From Minisyncoccota bacterium (GTDB taxonomy: Bacteria; Patescibacteriota; Minisyncoccia; UBA6257; GWB1-50-10): a DNA stretch of 64,000 nucleotides. Of this stretch, positions 17,945 to 26,061 are shown in pieces (the stretch's first letter is position 1; each line of letters starts with the position of its first letter). The stretch is taken from NCBI GenBank assembly GCA_020059585.1, contig JAGVBU010000003.1, positions 879 through 64,878 of the forward strand, in the 5' to 3' direction. The position numbers were made by a program, and so were the translations under genes. The notes beneath the pieces were generated by a model. That model searched no databases, was not told where the DNA came from, and worked only from the letters and a program-made list of their open reading frames with translations.

Positions 17945-17982
17945 GAATCCCTGCCTGACGGCAGGCAGGCCTGTCCGGCAGC
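17945..17982 (+). repeat. Duplicated 3' end of tRNA-Gln (gaatccctg...tccggcagc) interrupted by the same-family 20-nt palindrome (CCTGacggCAGGcagg cctg)
   Basis: 9 nt + 9 nt identical to the tRNA 3' end, with a 20-nt hairpin insert. Related minus-strand T-loop fragments (gttcgaatccc) lie at ~17826..17845 and ~18041..18060. Confidence 0.5.
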
Positions 17983-18071
17983 AGTTAGATCTTGCCATGG
18001 TGGAACGTTCGCAAAATCAACTGTCCCGATATTAATCGGGGCTTTTTGTTTTCGGGGATTCGAACTCCGAC

Positions 18072-18102
18072 CATCCACCCATTAGCGCTAATGGGTGGAT
18101 GG
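18072..18102. repeat. 31-bp palindrome copy 2 (identical to 17526..17556)
   Basis: Seen in sequence; perfect 16-bp arms (18071..18102). Confidence 0.6.
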
Positions 18103-18203
18103 AGGATTTTAGCGAATTGTCAGGATTCTCAAAAGAATAGAATGTAGTTTTGTGGAAGGAGGTACTAAAAAGATTCTGTTTTAATTTTTGATATAATCAC
18201 AAT

Positions 18204-18509
18204 ATGAATAAAAAGATTACGATACTTGCTGTTATTTTTATTGTCGTGATTGCGGCAGTTTATTTTTTTAGAGAAGACGCGGGGGATGGGGTGCTGGAAG
18301 TGGGAGTGCCTACCGCGTGGGAGCGCGCGAAAGAGGCTGTTCTGAACTGCGAGGCAGAGGGCATTTTTCAGACACACGCAAGAGAAGTGAGTGTGAAACT
18401 GAAGAATGGCGGAACGATCACCGCCATAGAGCCGAAAATCGATGATATATTCGATGTTGTGAAAGAAGCCGTGCCGCAATGCGGAACGATTCGTATGGCA
18501 ACGGAATGA
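18204..18509 (+). CDS. Small secreted/membrane-anchored hypothetical protein
   Basis: N-terminal hydrophobic helix MNKKITILAVIFIVVIAAVYFF; 101 aa; terminator follows. Confidence 0.45.
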   Translation: MNKKITILAVIFIVVIAAVYFFREDAGDGVLEVGVPTAWERAKEAVLNCEAEGIFQTHAREVSVKLKNGGTITAIEPKIDDIFDVVKEAVPQCGTIRMATE

Positions 18510-18534
18510 TATCTACGGGCATAAAATTTGGATG

Positions 18535-18562
18535 CAGAAAAACCGCCCTAGGGCGGTTTTTA
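18535..18562. terminator. Bidirectional terminator
   Basis: AAAAACCGCCCTAGGGCGGTTTTT: a perfect palindromic hairpin with A-run and T-run. Confidence 0.6.
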
Positions 18563-18784
18563 GGAAACCTTACAGAAATGTTTCCCGAGATAGTATGGCC
18601 AGATGATGATGGCGAGAACGCCTTTCCAGAAGGAAAGTTTTAGATATCCTATCGTGAATAACCATCCGATGAACCATAGAACGTCAAATGAGATTTCCAT
18701 AGGAGCAATTATAGCACATTCTTTGTTGTCGGTTTGTCGGTCTTTCATTCCTCCGCGCCAACGAGAGTAGTATTGAAAAAACAT
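18560..18784 (-). CDS. Small membrane protein (hypothetical)
   Basis: 74 aa with two hydrophobic segments; ends at the bidirectional terminator. Confidence 0.35.
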   Translation of the reverse strand: MFFQYYSRWRGGMKDRQTDNKECAIIAPMEISFDVLWFIGWLFTIGYLKLSFWKGVLAIIIWPYYLGKHFCKVS

Positions 18785-18812
18785 ATAGGACTGTCTTATT
18801 CTTGATAGATCA

Positions 18813-19883
18813 ATGGAACATGCGTCCGCACATCCGAACAGGAAGAAACGAAACGTTTTCGTCTCTTACATAAAGGGATTGGCGATGTTCGGTATTGTGC
18901 TTGTACACCTTATTAATTGGTCCAATCTTTCGCTTCCGTGGGGCGCGCTTCTTGCGAAAGAGGTGCTTCATACAGGACTTTTTCTTTTTGTACTCACCAC
19001 GGGGAGTGTTGTATTTATCGCTTACGCACACCGTCCGTCTCTCTGGAAATCATCAATCCGTTTTTTTTATCGCGCCCTGCAGCTTCTTTTCGTGTATTAT
19101 CTCTACAATATCGCGAAGTTCCTTGTTTTCGATTTTTCGACCCAGCCATTCTATCTCCAGTTTATTGAGCGGGGGACATTTTCGATTTCCGGAATCCTTG
19201 CGTTCAAAAGCTTTTCCGTTCCTATCACTATTCTCCCGACATATTCTATCCTTCTCTTTTTAGCTCCACTTCTCCTTCTGTTCCATAAGCGCATTCCATA
19301 CGCGAAGATTTGGATGTTGCTTCTTGCTGCGGGTATTTTCGCGATGAACTACGCGAGTCCGATGCCATCTTTTGATCATCCTTTTATCGCGTTTCTTTAT
19401 GCGCACGGATATTCCATTGTTTCCGTGGCACTTTGGATATTCCCGTTCATTTTGGGGTTTTTTCTCGCGCAGACTGGGTTTGAGAAAAATACGTTTCGTA
19501 TTCTAATCGGAAGTGGCGTACTTACGCTCGCATACGGAATTTCATTTTTTGCGCGACAGGAATCATTCTTTCCTTCGGATTATCAATTTCCTCTCGGTCC
19601 ATATTTGATGACATTCAGTCTCTTTATTTTTTCCGTCCTCGTCTATCTTTTTCGATTTCTTGAGACGCGGAGCGAAAACGTGGTTAAACATATCCTTTTG
19701 ATCGTACGATATGTCGGAAATCACACGCTTTTTGTCTACGTTTTTCACTGGATAGTCATTGATATTACCGTATGGATTTTTTCCCCGCACGTTTGGGTTA
19801 TTTGGATTTCCGTTCCGGCAACTCTTGCTTTTTATGTTCTTTTCCGAAGATCGGGTGTCGCCGATATAGGGCAAAATGGATAA
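18813..19883 (+). CDS. Acyltransferase family 3 (OafA-like) integral membrane protein
   Basis: About 10 predicted TM helices. N-terminal R..VF..YIKGLAMFGIVLVHL pattern is typical of acyltransferase_3 proteins. Confidence 0.5.
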   Translation: MEHASAHPNRKKRNVFVSYIKGLAMFGIVLVHLINWSNLSLPWGALLAKEVLHTGLFLFVLTTGSVVFIAYAHRPSLWKSSIRFFYRALQLLFVYYLYNIAKFLVFDFSTQPFYLQFIERGTFSISGILAFKSFSVPITILPTYSILLFLAPLLLLFHKRIPYAKIWMLLLAAGIFAMNYASPMPSFDHPFIAFLYAHGYSIVSVALWIFPFILGFFLAQTGFEKNTFRILIGSGVLTLAYGISFFARQESFFPSDYQFPLGPYLMTFSLFIFSVLVYLFRFLETRSENVVKHILLIVRYVGNHTLFVYVFHWIVIDITVWIFSPHVWVIWISVPATLAFYVLFRRSGVADIGQNG

Positions 19884-19906
19884 AAAGCGGTTATACTACG
19901 CATATC

Positions 19907-20290
19907 ATGCATAAGAAAAAAACAATGCGTATGGCGATTGGAGCCGCGCTTTTTGGAATATTGCTTCTCCTCTGGGTGAATGGCGCTGTAGGTATCATCG
20001 GGAATGAGGACAACCCGATGAATCTTATGTATCTCGGCGTGATTGCCGTTATTATTATTGGCTCCGTTGTTACGTGGATGAGGCCCCGCAGAATGATGTG
20101 GGTGATGTATATGGCGGCATTTGCGCAGGTGTTGGTTCCCGCGATCGCGCTTCTCATCTCCAAGGAAGTATCTTGGGGTTCGGCGGGGGTTAAAGGCGTA
20201 TTCGTATTCAACGCATTTTTCGCTTTGCCGTTTATTGCATCAGCCCTCCTATTTCACAGAGTGAATATTGCTGACGTGATGCGGGGATAA
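19907..20290 (+). CDS. Small membrane protein (hypothetical)
   Basis: Internal Met start chosen to avoid overlap with the acyltransferase gene; 3-4 TM helices. Confidence 0.4.
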   Translation: MHKKKTMRMAIGAALFGILLLLWVNGAVGIIGNEDNPMNLMYLGVIAVIIIGSVVTWMRPRRMMWVMYMAAFAQVLVPAIALLISKEVSWGSAGVKGVFVFNAFFALPFIASALLFHRVNIADVMRG

Positions 20291-20324
20291 ATTTTTCCTC
20301 CAATTCGCGTTTTTTTTCTCAATA

Positions 20325-21629
20325 ATGGCGTTTTTCGCGGTTAGGGCGTATGATGATTGTTCTATGACACCAATATCAAAAGGATTCGGGGGGCTCTCAA
20401 TCGCGCCGAGCGTTTTGGGAGTGCTTGATTATTTTAAATTTGTAACTCCTACTCCGATTCAGGAGCAATCGATTCCCATCGCCATCGAGCGAAAGGATCT
20501 CATTGGCATCGCGCAGACGGGCACGGGAAAGACTCTTGCGTTCGGCATTCCTCTTTTACAGTATGGGCTTCAGGGGAAACGTGCGCTTGTTGTGGTGCCG
20601 ACGCGGGAACTCGCGCTTCAGGTAAGCGAAACACTGAGAAAACTCGGGGTACGCATTAATGTTCGTACGGCAACGCTTATCGGCGGAGAGCCAATGTGGC
20701 GCCAACTGAAGGACCTTGAAAAGAAACCTCATATTGTTGTGGGAACTCCCGGAAGAATTATTGATCACCTTGAACAGAAAACCGTTTCATTTTCCGATTT
20801 TGAGACGCTTGTGCTTGATGAGGCGGATCGAATGCTCGATATGGGATTTGCACCGCAATTGAAGCGCATTCTCACGGTCTTTCCGAAAGAGCGGCACACG
20901 ATGCTTTTTTCGGCGACGATGCCGATTGAGATCGTGAAAATCACGCGCGCGTATATGAAACTTCCGGTGCAGATACAAATCGCGCCGACGGGAACGACAG
21001 CGAAAGACGTGACGCAGGAAATATTTTTTGTGCCTCAAGAATCGAAACAGCAGCTTCTTGAGAAAATTCTCTATGACTATCACGGTTCTATTTTGGTATT
21101 TTGCAGAATGAAACATAGCGTGAAACGAATTACCGCGCACGTGCGTACTTTGGGACATACCGCCGCGGAAATTCATTCAAACCGCACACTCAATCAGAGA
21201 CGCGACGCGCTTGAAGGATTCAAATCGGGAAGATACCGCGTGCTGATCGCGACCGATGTCGCGTCTCGTGGGATTGATGTAAAGAATATTGAACTCGTGG
21301 TGAATTTTGATCTTCCGATGATTGCGGAGGATTATGTGCATCGCATCGGGCGTACGGGGCGCGCGGGAGAACATGGACACGCGATTTCATTTGCGCGGCC
21401 GGATGAACGGAGGGATATCCAGGCAATTGAGAGACTTATCAGAAAGGCGCTTCCCGTATCGAAACTTCCCGATCTGCCGCCTCCACGTCCCACGCGAACG
21501 AGCGAGCGGGCATATCGCGCCCACGCCTCAACGCAGTCACGCAATCCAAGAAGAAATCCGGCGCCCCGAGGAAGATTTTCCTCCTCCCGCAGCGGCGCGC
21601 GTTCGAATTTCAGACGGAGAACACGCTAG
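20325..21629 (+). CDS. DEAD-box ATP-dependent RNA helicase
   Basis: F..L.L (Q-motif region PTPIQEQSIP), AQTGTGKTLAF (motif I), PTRELA (Ia), VLDEADRMLDMGF (DEAD), SAT (III), HRIGRTGRAG (VI). Basic RS-rich C-terminal tail. True start may be Met at 20363. Confidence 0.85.
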   Translation: MAFFAVRAYDDCSMTPISKGFGGLSIAPSVLGVLDYFKFVTPTPIQEQSIPIAIERKDLIGIAQTGTGKTLAFGIPLLQYGLQGKRALVVVPTRELALQVSETLRKLGVRINVRTATLIGGEPMWRQLKDLEKKPHIVVGTPGRIIDHLEQKTVSFSDFETLVLDEADRMLDMGFAPQLKRILTVFPKERHTMLFSATMPIEIVKITRAYMKLPVQIQIAPTGTTAKDVTQEIFFVPQESKQQLLEKILYDYHGSILVFCRMKHSVKRITAHVRTLGHTAAEIHSNRTLNQRRDALEGFKSGRYRVLIATDVASRGIDVKNIELVVNFDLPMIAEDYVHRIGRTGRAGEHGHAISFARPDERRDIQAIERLIRKALPVSKLPDLPPPRPTRTSERAYRAHASTQSRNPRRNPAPRGRFSSSRSGARSNFRRRTR

Positions 21630-21653
21630 TATTCTCTGGTATACTGTTTATAT

Positions 21654-21980
21654 ATGTTCAAGAAATATATTGAATATCTCAAAGATAATCCTGAAGGATA
21701 CTGGTTTAAGGCAAAATGGTACGGATGGGGATGGACCCCCGCCAGATGGGAGGGATGGGTGGTCACGTTCGTGTATGTAGCGCTTCTCATATTAAGCGGA
21801 CTTACAATTGATGAAAATTCATCGAACAGAGAAGCGGCATTCACGTTTTTCATTCCCGTAGGTATTCTCACCGCACTATTTATCCGCATCGCTTATAAAA
21901 AAGGAGAGCCGCCTCGCTGGAGATGGGGATATCCCGAAAAGGGAAAAGAGACTCGCCAAGATTCAGATATAAAAGATTAA
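21654..21980 (+). CDS. Small membrane protein (hypothetical)
   Basis: 108 aa, Trp-rich, with one or two TM helices. Confidence 0.4.
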   Translation: MFKKYIEYLKDNPEGYWFKAKWYGWGWTPARWEGWVVTFVYVALLILSGLTIDENSSNREAAFTFFIPVGILTALFIRIAYKKGEPPRWRWGYPEKGKETRQDSDIKD

Positions 21981-22044
21981 GAATTGGAAGTGAGAGGGGA
22001 ATCGTATTATAAAAATCCGCCACGTGAAAGTGGCGGGAGTTTTT

Positions 22045-23463
22045 TTATTTTCCTAATAGATATTGAATCGCTTGCGCGGCAGAGTAGGAACTTTCTTCAT
22101 TCTCCATGAGAAATGGAAGAAAATGCACATCATCGCCCAAGGTGACGATTGGAGGTTCTTCCTCGTCTCCGAGATTCGCGGCGGAGATAAGTCCGTTGCA
22201 AAGACATCCGCGTCCGACTGCGTCCGCAATATTGCCGCCTTTTGCGGAATATTTGTCCACGGGTTCGCTTGGACACCGGGAACCTATTGTTCCGTTCGGG
22301 CGTTCATAGAGAGACACAAGTTCTCCTTGATTACAGATACGCGTTCGCGCGGCATATACTTCCGGTTTTGCGATAGTATCGTCGAGATCCACTACCTTAA
22401 ATGGAAATCCGGTAGGTGAGATTCTCATATCGGTTTTAACGGTAAGCGTTTTTTTAAAACCGCGTGTACGGATTCTTCTGCGGATATCAGGATCCATTCC
22501 CGATTCTTCCGAAAGCGCAAAAATGGAACCCGCTTGGATACCTGCGGCACCGATTGAAAGCGCCCATTCGAGCTTTTCGGGTGACGCACATGAACCACCG
22601 ATCCAGAATGGTACGCCAAGAGACGTCATCGCGCGGTAATCCACTTCATCTTTCTTTCCATAGACAGGTTGCGGTTCACCCCATTCGTTCACTATAGGTT
22701 TCCGTGGAGGCGCGTTGTGTCCTCCTGCGGTGGGTTCTTCCACTACAAATCCGTAAACGCTTCCCAGCGGAAGTTTATTCATGAAAATGTTTGCGAGAAG
22801 ATTCGACGCGACAATAGGAATAAATCCGGGTTTTTTCATTATCGGAAGAGGACTCCCGAAAAATTTTTCCGGTTCAAAAGCCATTGTGTGGCTTGTGATG
22901 TTCTTTCCGATGACGGGAATGCGATAACGGGCAGTACGTCCCTCGGCAATATCATTAATAAGTTCCGGAATCTGAAGGGGAATACCCGCACCCATTGTTA
23001 TGAAATCTACGCCGGCAAGCATTGCGCCGGTGATTGCGTAGGGATGGGGCATTGCCACTTTCTCAAGATAATTGATGCTTATCGGATTCGGATTATTTTC
23101 TTTTGCGAGCCATACAAATGCATAGCTTGCGCATACCGTAAGCGCGATAAGAAGACGTGACGGATGAGCGGTAAATACAGGAGTCGCTTTGAATGGTGTT
23201 CCTTTCGGAATTCCGTTACGCACATAATATCGCTCTATAATTTCTTCGGCGACCGATGGAAACGGAAAGTGCGCGAGCGCCCGGCGGATGTGTCCTCCGG
23301 GATCTCCTTTCTGGAGAATTCTTGTGATGATGCGCTGAAGCGCAACACCGGATACCGTGCCTTGTTCACCAAGAAGCGACACGGTTCGCGCAAGAAGCCA
23401 TCCGGAAATGTTCACTCCCATCCCGCCTTGAATGATTTTTGGTCTTACAAGAGGGCTTTTCAC
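22045..23463 (-). CDS. Nitronate monooxygenase/FabK-like FMN TIM-barrel oxidoreductase with Cys-rich C-terminal extension
   Basis: N-terminal IIQGGMGVNISGWLLA..VSGVAL is typical of the NMO/2-nitropropane dioxygenase family. Extra ~120 aa C-terminal region with several Cys. Confidence 0.55.
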   Translation of the reverse strand: MKSPLVRPKIIQGGMGVNISGWLLARTVSLLGEQGTVSGVALQRIITRILQKGDPGGHIRRALAHFPFPSVAEEIIERYYVRNGIPKGTPFKATPVFTAHPSRLLIALTVCASYAFVWLAKENNPNPISINYLEKVAMPHPYAITGAMLAGVDFITMGAGIPLQIPELINDIAEGRTARYRIPVIGKNITSHTMAFEPEKFFGSPLPIMKKPGFIPIVASNLLANIFMNKLPLGSVYGFVVEEPTAGGHNAPPRKPIVNEWGEPQPVYGKKDEVDYRAMTSLGVPFWIGGSCASPEKLEWALSIGAAGIQAGSIFALSEESGMDPDIRRRIRTRGFKKTLTVKTDMRISPTGFPFKVVDLDDTIAKPEVYAARTRICNQGELVSLYERPNGTIGSRCPSEPVDKYSAKGGNIADAVGRGCLCNGLISAANLGDEEEPPIVTLGDDVHFLPFLMENEESSYSAAQAIQYLLGK

Positions 23464-23585
23464 GGCTACTCTCCTTTCTTGTGTATTTGTTATTGATCTA
23501 TATAAATGATATCAGTCTTTTCTTGTTTGTCGAAAATTAATGATTCTTGTAATATCGCTGTTTTCTTGGTGTTATTAAACATAAA

Positions 23586-23612
23586 AAATTCCCGACAGAG
23601 TTGTCGGGAAAA
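23586..23612 (-). terminator. Rho-independent terminator (minus strand) with stem TTCCCGAC/GTCGGGAA
   Basis: AAAAAATTCCCGACagagtTGTCGGGAA on the + strand, giving a T-run on the minus strand. The same stem sequence recurs at 59497. Confidence 0.5.
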
Positions 23613-23623
23613 TGTGCGGTCTT

Positions 23624-24070
23624 TTATTCAATTAACTTTGCGCCGGCAGAGAATGCGACACGGATCGCTTTTCTAATGTTATTATAGTGCGTTCCAACTT
23701 TTTTTATTTTCTGCATTCTCGTATTATATCCGGTGAGTTCCACTACTATTTTTTTATCCTCGTAGTACGCATCTAATTCAAATCCTTTGTATATCCATGC
23801 GTCTAATGGATCGTTTCCAGAAGGTACTGCACCGGTAAGATAGTGGGGATATATTTTTCCGTACACTTTTTCATATTTCCTTCTCCCCGCAAGGTAATCT
23901 TCGTTTGCATGAGAAAACGCATCTGCCGCCATAGGATGTTCTCCATATCCCACAAGATCTCCTCCGCGTTTTTCTTTTTCGATTCTCACCACCCGCAATC
24001 CTCCTCCAGAACGGAAAGCGTGAAGCACGCATCCGTTTTTTAATGCGGTTACGATACCTGAAAGTTTCAT
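23624..24070 (-). CDS. Hypothetical protein
   Basis: 148-aa ORF with an appropriate downstream terminator. Confidence 0.45.
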   Translation of the reverse strand: MKLSGIVTALKNGCVLHAFRSGGGLRVVRIEKEKRGGDLVGYGEHPMAADAFSHANEDYLAGRRKYEKVYGKIYPHYLTGAVPSGNDPLDAWIYKGFELDAYYEDKKIVVELTGYNTRMQKIKKVGTHYNNIRKAIRVAFSAGAKLIE

Positions 24071-24183
24071 AGAACCTCTCTATAATTTAATGAAAAATCT
24101 GTTTTTCATTATGTAATTATTTTGTTTTTTTGTCAATTAAATCCCGTGCATTCGATGTGTCATCCGTGGTATTCTGAATATAT

Positions 24184-24978
24184 ATGAAATGGCCGCATAC
24201 ACTCACTTTTATACGCCACGGAGAGTCCGCGTATAACGAACTCAAAGAAAAGAAACGGATTCACGCGGATTATGATCGTTTTTGCACGGTGTTTGATCGC
24301 GATTTCGCGCACGCGAAGGATGAAGCGTGGCCAAGCGAGGAATTGAAGGAACTTGCGGAAAAGATATGGCACGAAACGACGCTTTCGATGAGCGACTATG
24401 ACACGCCGCTCACGCGCGCGGGACTTTTGCAGGCTAAAAAGGTGGGAAAGAAACTTGAGTCCTCAATCCCATTTCCCTCGGTGATATATGTGTCTCCCTA
24501 TGTGCGGACGCGGCAAACCTTTGAGGCAATCCGCGGCGAGTGGAAAGAATTGGCGAAGGTAAAAACCGTATATGAAGAGCGTATTCGTGAGCAGGAGCAC
24601 GGGCTTGCAACAGTGTTTAATGATTGGCGGGTGTACAATGTCAAAAATCCTCTCCAGGCGCTTCTCTATAAGATGGAGGGGGGATATGAATACAGATTTT
24701 TGAATGGCGAGAGCAAGGCGGATGTCCGCGATCGGGTGCGTGATTTTCTTGGAACCCTTGTCCGGGAGCACGCGGAAGAGCACGTGCTTGTGATTTCCCA
24801 CCATCTCACCATCCTTTCCTTCCGCGCAAATTTAGAACATTGGGACAGGGATCAGTTCATAACAACGGACAAGAATGAGGCGCCTATCAATTGCGGTATT
24901 ACGATGTATCAGGGGCATCCCGAACTTGGAAAGGAGGGGAAACTTCTGCTCGATATCTATAATAAAAAACTATATTAA
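24184..24978 (+). CDS. Histidine phosphatase superfamily protein (phosphoglycerate mutase-like)
   Basis: N-terminal LTFIRHGESAYNE (the RHG catalytic motif). Confidence 0.65.
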   Translation: MKWPHTLTFIRHGESAYNELKEKKRIHADYDRFCTVFDRDFAHAKDEAWPSEELKELAEKIWHETTLSMSDYDTPLTRAGLLQAKKVGKKLESSIPFPSVIYVSPYVRTRQTFEAIRGEWKELAKVKTVYEERIREQEHGLATVFNDWRVYNVKNPLQALLYKMEGGYEYRFLNGESKADVRDRVRDFLGTLVREHAEEHVLVISHHLTILSFRANLEHWDRDQFITTDKNEAPINCGITMYQGHPELGKEGKLLLDIYNKKLY

Positions 24979-24987
24979 TCTTCCGCT

Positions 24988-26061
24988 ATGCTCCGCGAAC
25001 AGATAGCACATTCCATTTCAGCGCGGGCAGAGGATGCCATTCGAACGAATGTTTTTCCCGGATGCGTCATAGGTATCGTGCGCGCGGATGGGGAGAGGTT
25101 GGTGCTTCCTTTTGGGAGATATACATATGAGGAAGAATCGCCCGCCGTGGAAGATAATTCCGTGTACGACATGGCGTCTGTCACGAAATCAATCCCCACC
25201 GCGTCGCTTCTTATGCTCCTTGTGGAGCGAGGGGTGGTGTCTCTTGATGATCTAGTGACGCGCTATATTCCCGAGTTCGGGAATCATCACGGAAAAGACA
25301 ACGTATCGCTTCGCCATCTTCTTTCTTATACCCTCGATCTTGAGGTGCCCACGATGTCGTCTTTAAAAGATCGCACTCCCGAAGAAATCGTGTCCGCGAT
25401 CGTGTCCGCTCCGCTCCGTCGTCCTCCCGGATCTTCATATCTTTACACGAATTCTACCGCGTGCATTATCGGACTCGTGCTAAGGAACGCATCCGGAAAA
25501 AACATTGATACTTTTGCGGAAGAAGAATTCTTTTCTCCGCTTGAAATGCGTTCTTCGACATTTCATCCGGAAGTTTTTGAAAAGAAGCGTATTATTCCGA
25601 CCGAATTCGATCTATGGAGAGGAATTCTTGTTCACGGAGAAGTGCATGACGAAAGCACCGCGGTGTTGAACAGAAAATTCATACTCGGTATTTCCGGACT
25701 TTTTTCATCCGCTCCCGATATTCTTAATTTTCTCGAGATGCTTCTTTACGGCGGAACACGCGGAGGGATCCGATATTTTTCCGAATCGACAATTCGCATG
25801 ATGGAAACAAATCAGATTTCGCATCTCGATGATTTCGCGAGTTTTGGGTGGGAGTTAAATCAGAAGTGGTTTATGGGGCGTAATGCGGGTCCCCATACTT
25901 TCGGAAAAACGGGATTCACGGGTACATGCGTCGTGTGCGATGTCGAACGCGGGATTGCATACACCATTCTTTCAAATAGAATATTTCCAAAACGCCCCGA
26001 AAATTCATCCGCAATAAACGCGTTCCGCGCGGCTATCGGAGAAATCATTCTTTCCTTATGA
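24988..26061 (+). CDS. Beta-lactamase-fold serine hydrolase (class C/PBP-like esterase family)
   Basis: YDMASVTKS (the S-x-x-K active-site motif) at the expected position; overall size ~357 aa. Confidence 0.65.
   Translation: MLREQIAHSISARAEDAIRTNVFPGCVIGIVRADGERLVLPFGRYTYEEESPAVEDNSVYDMASVTKSIPTASLLMLLVERGVVSLDDLVTRYIPEFGNHHGKDNVSLRHLLSYTLDLEVPTMSSLKDRTPEEIVSAIVSAPLRRPPGSSYLYTNSTACIIGLVLRNASGKNIDTFAEEEFFSPLEMRSSTFHPEVFEKKRIIPTEFDLWRGILVHGEVHDESTAVLNRKFILGISGLFSSAPDILNFLEMLLYGGTRGGIRYFSESTIRMMETNQISHLDDFASFGWELNQKWFMGRNAGPHTFGKTGFTGTCVVCDVERGIAYTILSNRIFPKRPENSSAINAFRAAIGEIILSL

Noticed and set aside
19772-19906. Upstream extension of the 172-aa membrane ORF overlapping the acyltransferase gene; likewise 29666..29742 (HAD), 39350..39559 (SOD) and 34905..34934 (aminopeptidase)
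   Set aside because: These extensions overlap the C-termini of well-supported upstream genes in another frame. Internal Met starts give conserved N-termini (for example IKAAIFDMDG for HAD).
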